Origin: Octopus sinensis
Lineage: Eukaryota
Assembly (NCBI RefSeq): GCF_006345805.1
Contig: NC_042997.1
Location: forward strand, 95,418,001-95,482,000
Direction of reading: 5' to 3'
DNA: 64,000 nucleotides
Below, in pieces: positions 1 to 12,054 of the stretch (the stretch's first letter is position 1; the number at the start of each line of letters is the position of its first letter). The position numbers and the translations under genes were made by a program. The notes under the pieces are model-generated. The model was not told the origin of the DNA. It worked only from the letters and a program-made list of their open reading frames with translations, and did not search any database.

Positions 1-178
1 CACACCCCATATAGAAAGCCTAAACTTCCGACATCTGTTACTTGACTTAGAAAACTTCAAAGACAGCTGCAATAAGTGTGTGAATCTGCGATGGGAATAT
101 GTTAAATAAACTCATAATTAACTAATCCGTCTGTGCGTTTTTTAGGCATAGCCACGAACTTTTCAGCTACATCTCGTA
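1..178 (+). mobile_element. 3' end of a decayed mariner (Tc1/mariner) element
   Basis: Translates as ..CNKCVNLRWEYVK*, resembling the mariner C-terminal W.KC...G.Y motif. Followed by a TIR-like end (GAACTTTTCAGCTACATCTCGTA) that runs into TA-rich sequence. Confidence 0.6.
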
Positions 179-184
179 TGTTTA

Positions 185-190
185 TATACG

Positions 191-246
<56 letters not shown>

Positions 247-409
247 CGTCACCGTCACCGACCAGGCTATCAGATGTTGCTACACATCGCTGGTCACAAT
301 GCGCTTCGCATTGTTTTAGCCTTCAAAGGTCGCCACTCCGCTGGCTAAGCGAGCAGGCCATGTATATATATATATGTGTGTGTGTATGTATATATATGTG
401 TATATATAT

Positions 410-476
<67 letters not shown>

Positions 477-500
477 GTGTATGTGTGTGTGTGTGTGGAT
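185..500. repeat. (TA)n/(TG)n microsatellites flanking a ~120-bp interspersed-repeat fragment
   Basis: Long TA and TG runs are seen directly; ORFs here are dinucleotide artefacts. Confidence 0.9.
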
Positions 501-921
501 ATACGTGTGGGTGAATTTTTTTCTACACCTATGTAACTCCAATTAATAATGCAACATACGTAATCGGGAATAGATAAGACGGGATATTTTTCTGTCCTCT
601 TCTGATATGTAATTACTCTATGAATAATTTTTTCCTTCTAACTTACAGTATTTTCCAGTATTTACAACTCTTACATAAAATGTAGCATCTCAAAACACAC
701 TTTGAAGGACCTGAATATTGCCATGTGTTTCATGAGGACACAGCTGTTGTTATAATGCTAACAACAAACAATAAACATACATACATACACACATATATAC
801 CAAACAGACCTGGTACAAATTATTTGGATTAACACCTACAAAATGTTTCTGAACAGATCTCTGAAAATTCTTAAGTGGGCACTATCATCCTAAATTTATA
901 TCTAATTATCACCAACTTCAA

Positions 922-959
922 TTGGCCTGAAGGACGCAGTTATGTGAAACGTACGCCAA
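922..959 (+). ncRNA. Degenerate minimal type I hammerhead ribozyme-like motif (Penelope-type)
   Basis: TTGGC-CTGAAGG-ACG..TGT-GAAACGTAC-GCCAA. Stem I TTGGC/GCCAA; core CUGAAG(G) and GAAAC; A9 is mutated. Confidence 0.4.
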
Positions 960-1321
960 AATCACCTCAGATTACAACTGTTTATCGAACAAGTTTCCCG
1001 AAATGTCTATAGATTATTGAATAGAGTGTGTAGCATAAATATAAAGCAACAAAATCCGCACAATCATATGAACGACGATAACTGCCTTAATTAAGCAAGA
1101 TTATATTTAACATTATAATCTTCACATTTCGGTACAGCATTGCACATGAAAAAGTCCTACATTCCTTCGCCCAATTCATTATCTCCAACATGAAATTCTC
1201 TGTCATCGATAAATACTTTTCCTCTTTCAAATTCCACTCACTTTCTTTCTAATTCTGCACGCTCCTATACATACAAAAGACACACACACACACACGCATA
1301 TATATGTATATATATATATAT

Positions 1322-1364
<43 letters not shown>

Positions 1365-2654
1365 GGGAAATAGAGAGATATACACATCTATCTATGTCTG
1401 TATCTATCACTTTGTCTATCCGCATATATTCGCACACATGCACGTACATGCACGTATACATCTACAAAGAAGTATAAGTATACACATATGTATATGTGTT
1501 TATATGTGTGTGTGTAAGTGTGTTTCTTTGTATACATATGGCTGGCTGGGTATGTATAAATACAGGTATATATAATTACATATATGCATCATGTATGCAT
1601 ACATGCATAATTAAAATATGCCTGGATGAAACAGATTTGAATTTAGCTGACATCATTAATATTTTATGCTCGTATGTTAACTAGCTTATATTGTATCTGC
1701 TATGAGAAATAACCATTAAAATAATGTTTGAATGTTCCACGTTTTATGGAGCTTCTTTAATTCCCTTTTGGTATACAGCAGTATTGAAATATTACTAACA
1801 TAAATTTTACTAGCAAACATAAATTTCAACGGTTCAAACGTTAAGTTTCCAAATTTGATCAGCTGATAATCAATTGTTCAGATATAACGTTTCTAGATAT
1901 TGATTGTTGTAAGCACATAGACGCGCACGCTCGTAAACACACAGAAATACGCGAATGAGCATGGCCTATTTATCCGGGTGTTGTACTCACGAACGCGAGA
2001 TCGTGGTTTCAAATCGGGGACTGGAAATGTGCATTGTACGTTGTGCTGTGTTTAGGGGTAATATATGAGTGTGTATCTTAAAGACAATTTCTGTTATAAC
2101 GAATACAATCACTCACTCTCTCCCTCTCACATACACAAGCACACGCGCGCATTGATACAAAAATATGTATGCATATGTATTTATGTATGTGTATACGACG
2201 GATGTGCTGTGAGAGACAGAGAGAGACGGAGAGAGTGTCACTTACAAATACATCACAACACAGCTTCACTCACTCTCTCTCTCTCTCTCGCCTTCTCTCT
2301 CTTTCTCTAAATCACACGCACACTCGCACGAATGCACGCACACTCACACACACACACACTCACACACTTCCATTTCATTTACACGTACATACATCTTTTA
2401 ATTTCTCCTCTCTTTCCCTTTCTGCTCACACCTGAAAGCATATGTCATGGTTTCCCTTTCTCTTCTCTTTCAATTTCTGCTCTCTTCAAAGCATAAAGAA
2501 GTAAAACATAATTTACGGAAGTTAACGATTACATTCCAAAACTGAGTTGCTGATTTTGACGAATGTGGTATCAAAAGATTCAGTAATCTTTCGGCTAACA
2601 AATAAAATTTACATTATTTATATTTGCCGGATATTTCTCTTCCTGTTGTTTGTT

Positions 2655-2731
2655 GCCCATGGGTATATGGCGTAGTGATTAAGAGCGCGGGCTACTAACC
2701 CCAAAATTCCGAGTTCAGTTCCAGACAGTGA

Positions 2732-2797
<66 letters not shown>
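2655..2797 (+). mobile_element. Short tRNA-derived SINE with (TAA)n tail
   Basis: A-box-like TGGCGTAGTG and B-box-like GAGTTCAGTTCC, followed directly by ~20 TAA units. Confidence 0.6.
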
Positions 2798-2798
<1 letters not shown>

Positions 2799-3010
2799 TT
2801 TCTATGTAATCTCAAGTTTTAACACAAACATAATTTTCGTATGTTTTCAAAAAAAAGTTTTTAGACATTCACTAGTTCAACACTAAATACAAAACGAAAT
2901 ACATGGTACACTAGCATAACAACAACACGAACTTCCAACCTGTTGTCTCTTGAGATCTCTGGGTGAGACTTGGAGCCAACTTGTACAAATATAAAGTAAA
3001 AGTCAAACAT

Positions 3011-3050
<40 letters not shown>

Positions 3051-3094
3051 TAATAATAATAATAATAATAATAACAACAACAACAGCAACATCA

Positions 3095-3280
3095 AAAAAT
3101 ACCTGATGAATGAGAACCCAGGTTCGAAATTTCCCCAAGACACCTGATGAAGGCTGCAGGGTATATCAGCCGAAACGCTGTTAACAACAAACAAGATGAG
3201 GACAAATATCCGTCAAATGTAAATAATGTAATTAATGTAAATAATGTACATAATTCCTCATCTCTTAAATACAGAACTGA
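3095..3280 (+). mobile_element. Penelope-like terminal repeat fragment with hammerhead core
   Basis: CTGATGA (3144-3150), stem II GGCTG/CAGCC, GAAAC (3172-3176). The cleavage triplet/stem III is degenerate. Preceded by a (TAA)/(CAA) microsatellite. Confidence 0.6.
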
Positions 3281-4189
3281 AATAAAATTCATCTTTATTT
3301 ACATATTAGCATTACAAAAATTTAACATCATAATCATTCTGTAATTCAACTATCCAAAGCGACATTTTATACCACGACGACGATGACGTCAAATTTTCTA
3401 TATGAGTGTGAGCGTTACAAGACATGCATTTCTCTACATGTTATGAAGGAATACAGTTACTCACTTCTTCTCTCACGTGGACACGCACACAAATACTACT
3501 AAAAATGTTTGCATATGTATTTATGTACTTTTATATAAAAGATACGGGTGTGTGAGAGGGGGAGAGAGTGAAAGAGAAAGAACGGGTGAGTGCTACTAAC
3601 TCATACATGCAAAAATTACTTATTTGACACTATACACACACACACACACACCATCTCTCGTTCTCACACACACAAACACATATGCACACATGAACACGAA
3701 TACACACGTCCATTTTATATACACGTATATACATCTTTCACTTTCTGCTCTCTTCAAACCATAAGGAAATTTTAAAAAATACGGAAATTAACGAACAATT
3801 ATACGATCTCACATGATCGGTCATATGAAGAGTTGACAACTTTCCTGCTTCAAACGAAAGAATGCCAGAAAATTACTTCTTCTGGCACGTACGCACACAC
3901 ACACGCACACACACCACACACCATACACACACACGCACACACACACACACAAACACACACTTTCTCACTCTCTCTCTCTCTCTCTCTCTTGGAAAATCTT
4001 GTGTATGAATTATGTTATTTTTTGCTATGTGAATGCGCAAGATTACAGTTCAAATCCAATTGAAATCACTTTCTTCTATTCTGTAATTCATGTTTGTAAT
4101 TAGTGTATTTAAAAACCTGATCTTGGATATACATGTAAAAGGAAGCTCTCCCAGAAATACTGCCCTTCACCTGTTATTTCTCCATACCC

Positions 4190-4740
4190 ATCCCAATTTT
4201 TAAAATTTTATTATTCTTCCGAATGTTTTCCTTGGTAATCCATGGAGAGAAAAAGAACAGAGAGTACAATTTTTTAAGAATTTTCATCCTTCCTTTTTCT
4301 TAAAGAAACACTAAAATCTCCTTCTCAAACATTCACCCATCACCTAACCTTTTTCAAACAGCTACAAACTCATATTTAACTTTTAGCTTTTTGGACAGCG
4401 GATAAGTTTCTTCAGAAATAATGTTCGCCTGTTGTTTCTAGCATATCCGGTTTACTAGTAGTGTTCTAACATTTTTACGTCTGCTATTTTAGTACAAATC
4501 TACACATGCGTGAGATATCAGACGAAAGTGAGACACTGGCTGTTTTTACCTTTTTGTAAGTGGGAAGGTGAATTGAAGGGACATCGAGTGTTTCTTTAAG
4601 AAAAATTAAACTTTAAAAATACATATTTCCCAAATTTGTAATCTCTGTATTTTTCTCTGAGGATAAAAAGAATTCGTAACAAAGTTACAACCTAAGAGGT
4701 TGCAGTGGCGACGGGGGTAAATTAAAATTTTAAGAGCGTA
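4190..4740. mobile_element. Old degenerate foldback/MITE
   Basis: Inverted match TTTTTCTTAAAGAAACACT (~4293) with AGTGTTTCTTTAAGAAAAA (~4587), plus weaker flanking inverted matches. Confidence 0.45.
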
Positions 4741-5026
4741 ATTTTTGGGCAAAATCGTTTTAATTCCCTTTTATAGGATGAAACAATACATAGTTTGTGA
4801 TCCTTCTAAAGAACAGAACCCATGCAAATTGCACCCACCCCACTTCATATTTAAAGAAACACTATCTACCTAGGCTAGTATTGTAGTTCACTATATATCA
4901 GCTGTGCTGCTTCTGCCCATAAGAAAGGAACAAATAATACAATATGGCTGTAGGTAATATGGCTGTAGGTAATACAATGGCAACAACGGGATGCATTCTC
5001 AAGTCTGTGTGTGTATATATGTATGC

Positions 5027-5076
<50 letters not shown>

Positions 5077-5125
5077 ATATGTATCTTTTTCCACACTTAC
5101 ACAGACAGATGTACTTATATATGTA

Positions 5126-5176
<51 letters not shown>

Positions 5177-5221
5177 TGTATGCATATCTATATATTTATG
5201 TGAGTGTGTGTGTGTATGTAC

Positions 5222-5395
5222 TTATGGTAGGAAGCCTGCAGGCGTGCCTGTTTCGTAAGTAATTTTCTTCCTAACCGTATGGTTCTGGCTTGAGTTCCAT
5301 TACGTGGCACGTAGGGCAATTAACTTCTAATATAGTCTCGGGCCGACTAAAACCTTGTGTGTAAATTTGGTTGAACTGAATGAACCCCGTTCCGC
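5222..5395 (+). mobile_element. Decayed SINE fragment (same family as 29280-29700)
   Basis: Shares CGTGGCAC..TGGGCA, GGGCCGAC.AAA.C.TTGTG and AACTGAA blocks with the copy at 29280. Confidence 0.55.
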
Positions 5396-5417
5396 GCACA
5401 TGCATACACACGCACAC

Positions 5418-5478
<61 letters not shown>

Positions 5479-6509
5479 CATTCGACCAGCTTTAAAAACT
5501 TTGATACCCACAATTGCCTCTGTAAACATCCTTTTTTTTTTCTCTCTCTAAAAACATCACGCTTTTCTTTTTGTGAACTTACAAAACCCTAAAACTTTCT
5601 ATGAAAATCTGACTTTTCTTTGCTTCCTCCCTGAATATTCAAATATAAATGTAAACATATACTCTTTATTGTAAAAACACACCTGTTCTTCTAACTGGAC
5701 ATACAAACATCTCTAGAAAAGTCAACTTCAACCTCCACAATATTACCTTACAGGAAATATACAAACACTTTTTATTGCAATAACACAAACGCACATGGAA
5801 AAAAAATGATGATGCTAAGATTCTCTCTGGTCGAACACAACTTCTCTATTCACAAACAATACAGAACAGCCCTTCCTTAATTTTTCTTAAGCCTAATAGT
5901 AGTAAACATCTGAACTTCTTTTTTTGACCGATAGGACCCCACCTAAAAAAAAAAAAAAAAAAAATATCACTGATGGTGATGGTGATGATGGTGATGATGA
6001 TAATAATGATAGTAATAGTGCTGATAATCTATCTATCTATCTACACACACACACTCAAAGAGTTCAGCCAACACAAAGAAAGTATTATTTGACAGGCAAG
6101 AACTCTGGTGTTGAAGACAGTCAGCCAGCCAACCACCAAGCCAGCCAACGAGACAGACAGACACTACTGTGATGGTGATAATGATAAAAAAACAAAAATA
6201 ACAATAAGATACTGCTGTGACTACACATAAAACAATATCATTGATGATGATGGTGGTGATTGTCATGGTGATGATGATAATTATGATGGTAATGGTGGTG
6301 ATAATGATGATAGTCATGGTAATGGTGATGATAATAACAATAATAAGCCGACTACGGCTGCTATAATGGTACGATTATAATTGTAACGGCAATGATGGCC
6401 GTCTCCCCACGAGCCAATCAAAGCTAAAAAATGATAACATTATCGTAGCACCAAAATGTTTTTGGAAACTAAAAGGAAAACTAAATCAGTATACCAAATC
6501 GCTTGACCT

Positions 6510-9500
6510 ATGGTTAATTTGGAAGCGCGTCCCTCAGGGAAGAGCCAGCCTGGGATCGAAAAGTCACCAACTGGCACAAACCCTTCTCCGAATACGGACA
6601 TGGATGGTCACTTGAACGGGAAATCCCCCAACTCGAGCCCTCCAAGTTCACCACCACAGCCACCACAGAAAGGAAAATGTAAGCGGAACAAATGGACCCG
6701 AGAAGAGTATAAAGAAGTAATATACGCTTATTACTATGCATTAGGTAGGCCATCTCAAGAGAGACACACCGCAAACTCTTACAGTATATGGAGAACACGG
6801 AATCAAGACAGTAGGTCCTATTTGGACGAGAACAAATTAGCAATTGTGAGGAGGGATATCCTTAGAAATAACAGACTCACAGACAGTGAAATAAGTGCGA
6901 TCAAGCACGCAACGGAAAATGACATAAATATAAGACTCAAAGGAAATGAAGAATCAGATGAACAGTATTGCCCACCTCGAGGATTAATTGAAAGACTGCA
7001 ATCTGACCAAAGTACGCAAAGGCCTGAAAATACAAGAAATTCTATTGTACCTGTTAAAGATAGCCAGGAAAACGAAAAAACAACAGTAACTGAAGATCTC
7101 GCATTTGCTGAAGAACACAGAGAGTCTATGGCAGAAATGCGGCAGAAAATCCTGAATACGCTTGAAGTTGTAAGACATACAAGTATGAATGATAGAGAAC
7201 CACTTCATAAACTCTCAAATACAAACCAAAATAAAAAACAAATACAAATTGGCAACTATGTAACAAATGAAATAATACGAGAATTAAAACCTGATTTTAC
7301 CGAGTTAAATGAAATTATTTACTCTTCTGCTAGGGCAATTGAAACCAGCTGTATGCCCCCGAAAAAACAAAGAAAACAAAACCTGGGAAGAAATCAAACC
7401 TGGAGAAGTAAAATTGAAAAAGAGATTGAATTTATGAGAGGGGAAATATCAATATTAAATGAACTAATATGTGGAAATAATGTAAGATCCAGAACAGGAA
7501 GAAAGATGAAGAGAAAATTTGGATCCTCACCAAGAGAAGAACTGATATCAATAAAAGAAACGCTGAAACAAAAAGTCCAAGCAAAATCCCAAAGAATACG
7601 AAGATTTGAGAAGAGAAACAAGTTTTACAAGCAAAATAAGCTGTTCACATCCAATGCCAAAAAATTCTACAGAGAAATAGGGAAGGAGAAATTAACCGTT
7701 AAAGACCCCCCTCCCATGGAAGAAGTTCAAAAATTTTGGAAAAGTATTTGGAGTGACAAGAAGACGTACAACATAAATGCAGACTGGATTATACAAACTG
7801 AAGGATCCTACCAAAATTTACAACAAGCATGGGAAGATATCACAATAGCAGACCTAAGAAAGGCACTCACGAAGGCCCATAATTGGAAATCCCCCGGTAA
7901 AGATAGGGTGCCGAATTTCTGGCTCGCATCGCTCCCATGCGCACGCGGTAAGCTAGTTCAGCTGCTCAATGGAATTATGAGAGACCCAAAGAAAACACCT
8001 GAATGGTTAGCAAGTGGCATTACTTACCTACTCCCAAAGAATAACGAAACCAACCTTCCAAAAAACTATCGGCCTATAACCTGTCTATCCACCACGTATA
8101 AAATCCTAACATCTATCCTGGCGGAGAAAACATATGCATTCATGGAGAAGAACGATATTTTCCCCATTGAACAAAAAGGGTGCCGCCGAGGATCATACGG
8201 ATGCAAAGATCAACTGCTAATCAATCGTATGATCCTTGAGAACTGTCACAACAAGCGCAGAAATCTCAGCACCGCATGGATTGACTATAAAAAGGCCTTC
8301 GACAGTATACCGCATCCATGGATCTTGAGATCGCTGGACATCTTCAAAATTTCCCCTGTGATTTCAAACTTCCTGAAGCACAATATGTCATTGTGGAATA
8401 CGAATCTCCAATTATACCACTCTAATGGAATACTTGCCTCAGAAAATATAAACATCAACTGTGGAATTTTTCAAGGTGACTCACTTTCACCTTTAATATT
8501 CTGCATAGCCCTAATACCCCTTACAAGTGAATTAAACAGAACAGGGTATGGGTATAAAATTGCCAATAAAAAAATAAGCCATCTATTTTATATGGATGAC
8601 TTAAAACTTTATGGTAAAGACAATAATGAACTTGAAGGTCTGCGGCGCACCGTGAAAGCATTCAGCGATGACATCGGGATGGAGTTTGGACTTGAGAAGT
8701 GTGCCAAGGCCACTTTCCAGAAAGGGAAAGTGAAGACCACAAATTCAGTCGTGTTAGATGTTGACACAGTCATAAGAGAGCTTGAGCAAGAACAAACATA
8801 CAAATATTTAGGGATAAATGAAGGCTCTGGTATTCAGCATGCAAGCATGAAAGAGAAAATCAGGAAGGAATGTTATAGGAGAGTTCGTGCAGTCCTGAAA
8901 TCTGAACTAAATGCACGTAACAAGGTGTTAGCTATAAATTCCTTAGCAGTTCCAGTTGTTACTTATAGCTACAATGTGTTGAACTGGAATATGAGTGAAG
9001 TAAAGAATATAGATAGAAAAATACGCAAGCTGCTGAGTTGTAATAGGATGCACCACCCAAAGGCAGACGTAGATCGCCTTTACCTTCCCAGAGCCCAAGG
9101 AGGTCGAGGCCTGATCCAATTTGAACTAGCTTACAAAACAACCACAATTGGACTGGCCAAATATCTCGAAATATCGAATGACTGGATGCTAAAGCTCGTG
9201 GAAAATCACGAGAGACGAAAGAAGCTTCATTCTATCATAAAGGAAAGCAAAAGATTTGCTATTGATCTCGTGCAGGATACCCAAACTGAACAACCCGAGG
9301 GAAGTACGGCAACTATCGTTGCAAAGAAGGTGAAAATGATGGCAATAAAAAAAGCGCACGAGCAATTGGCTGATAGGTGGGAGGAGAAACCTCTGCACGG
9401 CAAATATGTGACCCGCAGCAAACAAGCTGATGTTGACCAGAAGCAAACCCATCAGTGGCTACGGAGCTCAGGGCTAAAAGCAGAGAGCGAAGGTTTCATC

Positions 9501-9638
9501 CTGGCTGCTCAAGATCAAAGCCTATTAACCCGGAACTACCAGGCCAATGTGATGAAAAATGGAGCAGACCCAAAATGCCGATTCTGCAACGACATGATTG
9601 AAACAGTGGACCACCTAATCTCTGGATGTAAACTCTAA
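6510..9638 (+). CDS. R4/Dong ORF, N-terminal part: reverse transcriptase and CCHC zinc knuckle
   Basis: Motifs KSPGKD, NYRPITCL, EQKGCRRG, WIDYKKAFDS, GIFQGDSLSP, HLFYMDDLKL, YKYLG, GGRGL and CRFC..ETVDHLISGC. Confidence 0.95.
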   Translation: MVNLEARPSGKSQPGIEKSPTGTNPSPNTDMDGHLNGKSPNSSPPSSPPQPPQKGKCKRNKWTREEYKEVIYAYYYALGRPSQERHTANSYSIWRTRNQDSRSYLDENKLAIVRRDILRNNRLTDSEISAIKHATENDINIRLKGNEESDEQYCPPRGLIERLQSDQSTQRPENTRNSIVPVKDSQENEKTTVTEDLAFAEEHRESMAEMRQKILNTLEVVRHTSMNDREPLHKLSNTNQNKKQIQIGNYVTNEIIRELKPDFTELNEIIYSSARAIETSCMPPKKQRKQNLGRNQTWRSKIEKEIEFMRGEISILNELICGNNVRSRTGRKMKRKFGSSPREELISIKETLKQKVQAKSQRIRRFEKRNKFYKQNKLFTSNAKKFYREIGKEKLTVKDPPPMEEVQKFWKSIWSDKKTYNINADWIIQTEGSYQNLQQAWEDITIADLRKALTKAHNWKSPGKDRVPNFWLASLPCARGKLVQLLNGIMRDPKKTPEWLASGITYLLPKNNETNLPKNYRPITCLSTTYKILTSILAEKTYAFMEKNDIFPIEQKGCRRGSYGCKDQLLINRMILENCHNKRRNLSTAWIDYKKAFDSIPHPWILRSLDIFKISPVISNFLKHNMSLWNTNLQLYHSNGILASENININCGIFQGDSLSPLIFCIALIPLTSELNRTGYGYKIANKKISHLFYMDDLKLYGKDNNELEGLRRTVKAFSDDIGMEFGLEKCAKATFQKGKVKTTNSVVLDVDTVIRELEQEQTYKYLGINEGSGIQHASMKEKIRKECYRRVRAVLKSELNARNKVLAINSLAVPVVTYSYNVLNWNMSEVKNIDRKIRKLLSCNRMHHPKADVDRLYLPRAQGGRGLIQFELAYKTTTIGLAKYLEISNDWMLKLVENHERRKKLHSIIKESKRFAIDLVQDTQTEQPEGSTATIVAKKVKMMAIKKAHEQLADRWEEKPLHGKYVTRSKQADVDQKQTHQWLRSSGLKAESEGFILAAQDQSLLTRNYQANVMKNGADPKCRFCNDMIETVDHLISGCKL

Positions 9639-9644
9639 TCACCA

Positions 9645-10142
9645 GTGGAGTATAAATTAAGACATGACAGAGTTGGCCAATATCTCCACTGGCTAATAAG
9701 TCGGCATTACAATATCAAAACTGCCGACAAGTGGTATAATCACCACCCTGAGGCTGTAACTGAAGGAGAAAATGTAACCATTCTGTGGGACTTTCCAGTA
9801 CATACAGACCGAACCATCAAGGCCAATAAACCAGATATTGTTGTGAAAGACCAAAACAATAAAGTTTGCTTATTGATCGACATGAGCATCCCCTGTGATC
9901 ATAATATCTCAGCGAAAGAGTTTGACAAGCTCAGAAAATATAAAGACCTACTCATTGAAATTGAGAAAATGTGGCATCTCAAGGCGGTTACAATACCAGT
10001 GATCGTAGGAGCACTAGGAATGATCAAGAAGAGAACCAAAAATTATATGAGAATGATCCCTCGCTTACCATCCCTGCAAGAAGTGCAAAAGATTGTCTTA
10101 ACTGGTACATCACACGTATTGAGAAGAGCATTTTCGATGTGA
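9645..10142 (+). CDS. R4/Dong ORF, C-terminal restriction-like (PD-D/ExK) endonuclease, in frame after a premature TAA
   Basis: Motifs RHD, ILWDF, KPDIVV..LLIDMSIP, KYKDL and PVIVGALG. Same frame as 6510 (offset 3135 = 3x1045). Confidence 0.92.
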   Translation: MEYKLRHDRVGQYLHWLISRHYNIKTADKWYNHHPEAVTEGENVTILWDFPVHTDRTIKANKPDIVVKDQNNKVCLLIDMSIPCDHNISAKEFDKLRKYKDLLIEIEKMWHLKAVTIPVIVGALGMIKKRTKNYMRMIPRLPSLQEVQKIVLTGTSHVLRRAFSM

Positions 10143-10743
10143 GAACTGTTGCTGCTCATGTATTTTAATTTAACTTTAAAAAAAAAAAAAATGAACGAAC
10201 TACTGAGTTTGGTTTAATGGCCTACCAATGTATACTATGAGTTTCTTTGCCCTAGGAGTCGGGAAGACACTCGGCAAGAAATGGAAGCAAATTTGAAAGA
10301 AGAAGAAAAAAAATAATAATAATAACAATAATAATAATTTCTTAAGTAACCTGAATATGGATTTTGTATTAATCTTTAAGAGAGATTAATACCAAATCTA
10401 TCGTCTGTTTACGTAAGAATTTTTTATTTGTATCTCAACTAAAACAGCTGAGTTCCTGAAGTAGATCCAGCGGAAATTTACCCTGACTACATATGACGCC
10501 ATTTAGCCTACAGGTACCCCCAAATTTCATTCAATATATTTTCAAATCTGATGATTACTACAAGCGTAGGAAAAAGCTAATTGAAATTTATGAACATTAC
10601 TAAATATTTTTTTAAATTTTTAACTCACTTCAACATTGCATAATTTGTTTTTTAAATACAATACTAAAAAGCGTTAAAACCAGACCATGTTGTAAATTTG
10701 TTCAACCGATATATTTTTCTGTACACATTTACACAAATGCGGA

Positions 10744-10847
<104 letters not shown>

Positions 10848-10857
10848 TATATATATA

Positions 10858-11045
10858 ACGGGAAGCTTTACGAAAATAAACAAAAGACGAAGGCAGGTGG
10901 AGTACAAACAAACAATTGTATTAGTATGGCGCTCAGGAATAGAAATAAAACAAGTCTTTTACGTTTCGAGCCTACGCTCTTCGACAGAAAGATACACAGA
11001 AAAGAAAGAAGGAGAGAAAAAATGCGTGTAGGAGCTAACGATATA
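10858..11045 (-). mobile_element. Penelope-like terminal fragment with variant hammerhead on minus strand
   Basis: The reverse complement of ~10954-10990 reads CTTT-CTGTCGA-A-GAGC-GTAG-GCTC-GAAAC-GTA-AAAG. Stem I CTTT/AAAG; stem II GAGC/GCTC. Adjacent to (TA)n. Confidence 0.55.
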
Positions 11046-11221
11046 CTTACACATTGTTTTCATTCCGATGTTTGCGAAATAGAATACATTTATTTTTAAT
11101 ACTATAGTCGTAACTTCCTGTTTCACTTCTAATCATTTTATGTCGTTTTCCTTTACGTGTTCCCATACTTATGTATGTATGTATGTATGTATGTATGTAT
11201 GTATGTATGTATGTATGTATG

Positions 11222-11321
<100 letters not shown>

Positions 11322-11416
11322 GTGTATGCAGGTTATGGGTCTATAAAATTTTGGTTCATTTCTTTCTTCATTTTTTGGGAAGGAGAAACGTAACACCATT
11401 AACTAGTCAAGAGAAC

Positions 11417-11453
<37 letters not shown>

Positions 11454-11477
11454 ATTATTATTATTATTATTATTATT

Positions 11478-11939
11478 GAGTGAGAGAGCAGTGCATGCCA
11501 TCAAAGTGACGCTGGCGTAAAGTATACAAAGCTCAGTATACCCATCATGACTACCCGTCTGATAAGGGTGACCTTGCAGGTGGGGCCCAGTTAGAATTTT
11601 GTTCTGGTCACGTCGCCCATCCCGCTCAAAAGATCCCTGAATAAGGGCTGTTTAAGAATATTGAACGAACCATCCATGTTTCCAAAGTTGAATTTCAGCA
11701 CACGGCTATGATGCTCCCCCACTACTTCTGCTCGTGATCAGAGATTCACGTATCGTCAGCCATTAAAGGACATGCTCAACTGGTTATGGTCAAACAACTG
11801 ACAAGCAAATCTGTGGTACTGAGCATAATATTTGCTGTAGCCTATCTTTTATACTAAGACAAAACAATGTACATGATAACACCTACAATCAGTTAAGATC
11901 ATAAGCCATGAGTGCCACTGCCTGGTACTGCATCAGGGC

Positions 11940-11942
<3 letters not shown>
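11478..11942 (-). mobile_element. ~460-bp non-coding repeat embedded in (TAA)n; a 5' fragment recurs at 30153-30232 (+)
   Basis: Its reverse complement begins AATGCCCTGATGCAGTACCAGGCAGTGG..TCTTAACTGATTG, matching 30153-30232. Both copies abut TAA tracts. Confidence 0.7.
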
Positions 11943-12034
<92 letters not shown>

Positions 12035-12054
12035 TTATAATTATTATTATTATT

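Larger units (their letters stand above)
6347..10337 (+). mobile_element. Near full-length R4/Dong-clade non-LTR retrotransposon (RT + RLE endonuclease) inserted in a (TAA)n tract
   Basis: A single reading frame runs 6510-10142. TAA repeats lie on both sides (6331-6346 and 10312-10337). Short 3' UTR. Confidence 0.93.

Noticed and set aside
2655-2735. tRNA gene
   Set aside because: A/B boxes only, with no complete cloverleaf or acceptor stem, and it ends in a TAA tail. Treated as a SINE head, as are the other tRNA-like heads.
6347-6440. Possible HDV-like ribozyme at the 5' end of the Dong element (CGT-CTCCCC-ACG-AGCC..GCTAA)
   Set aside because: A P3/L3-like piece is present, but I could not find P1.1, P4 or a P2 partner strand.
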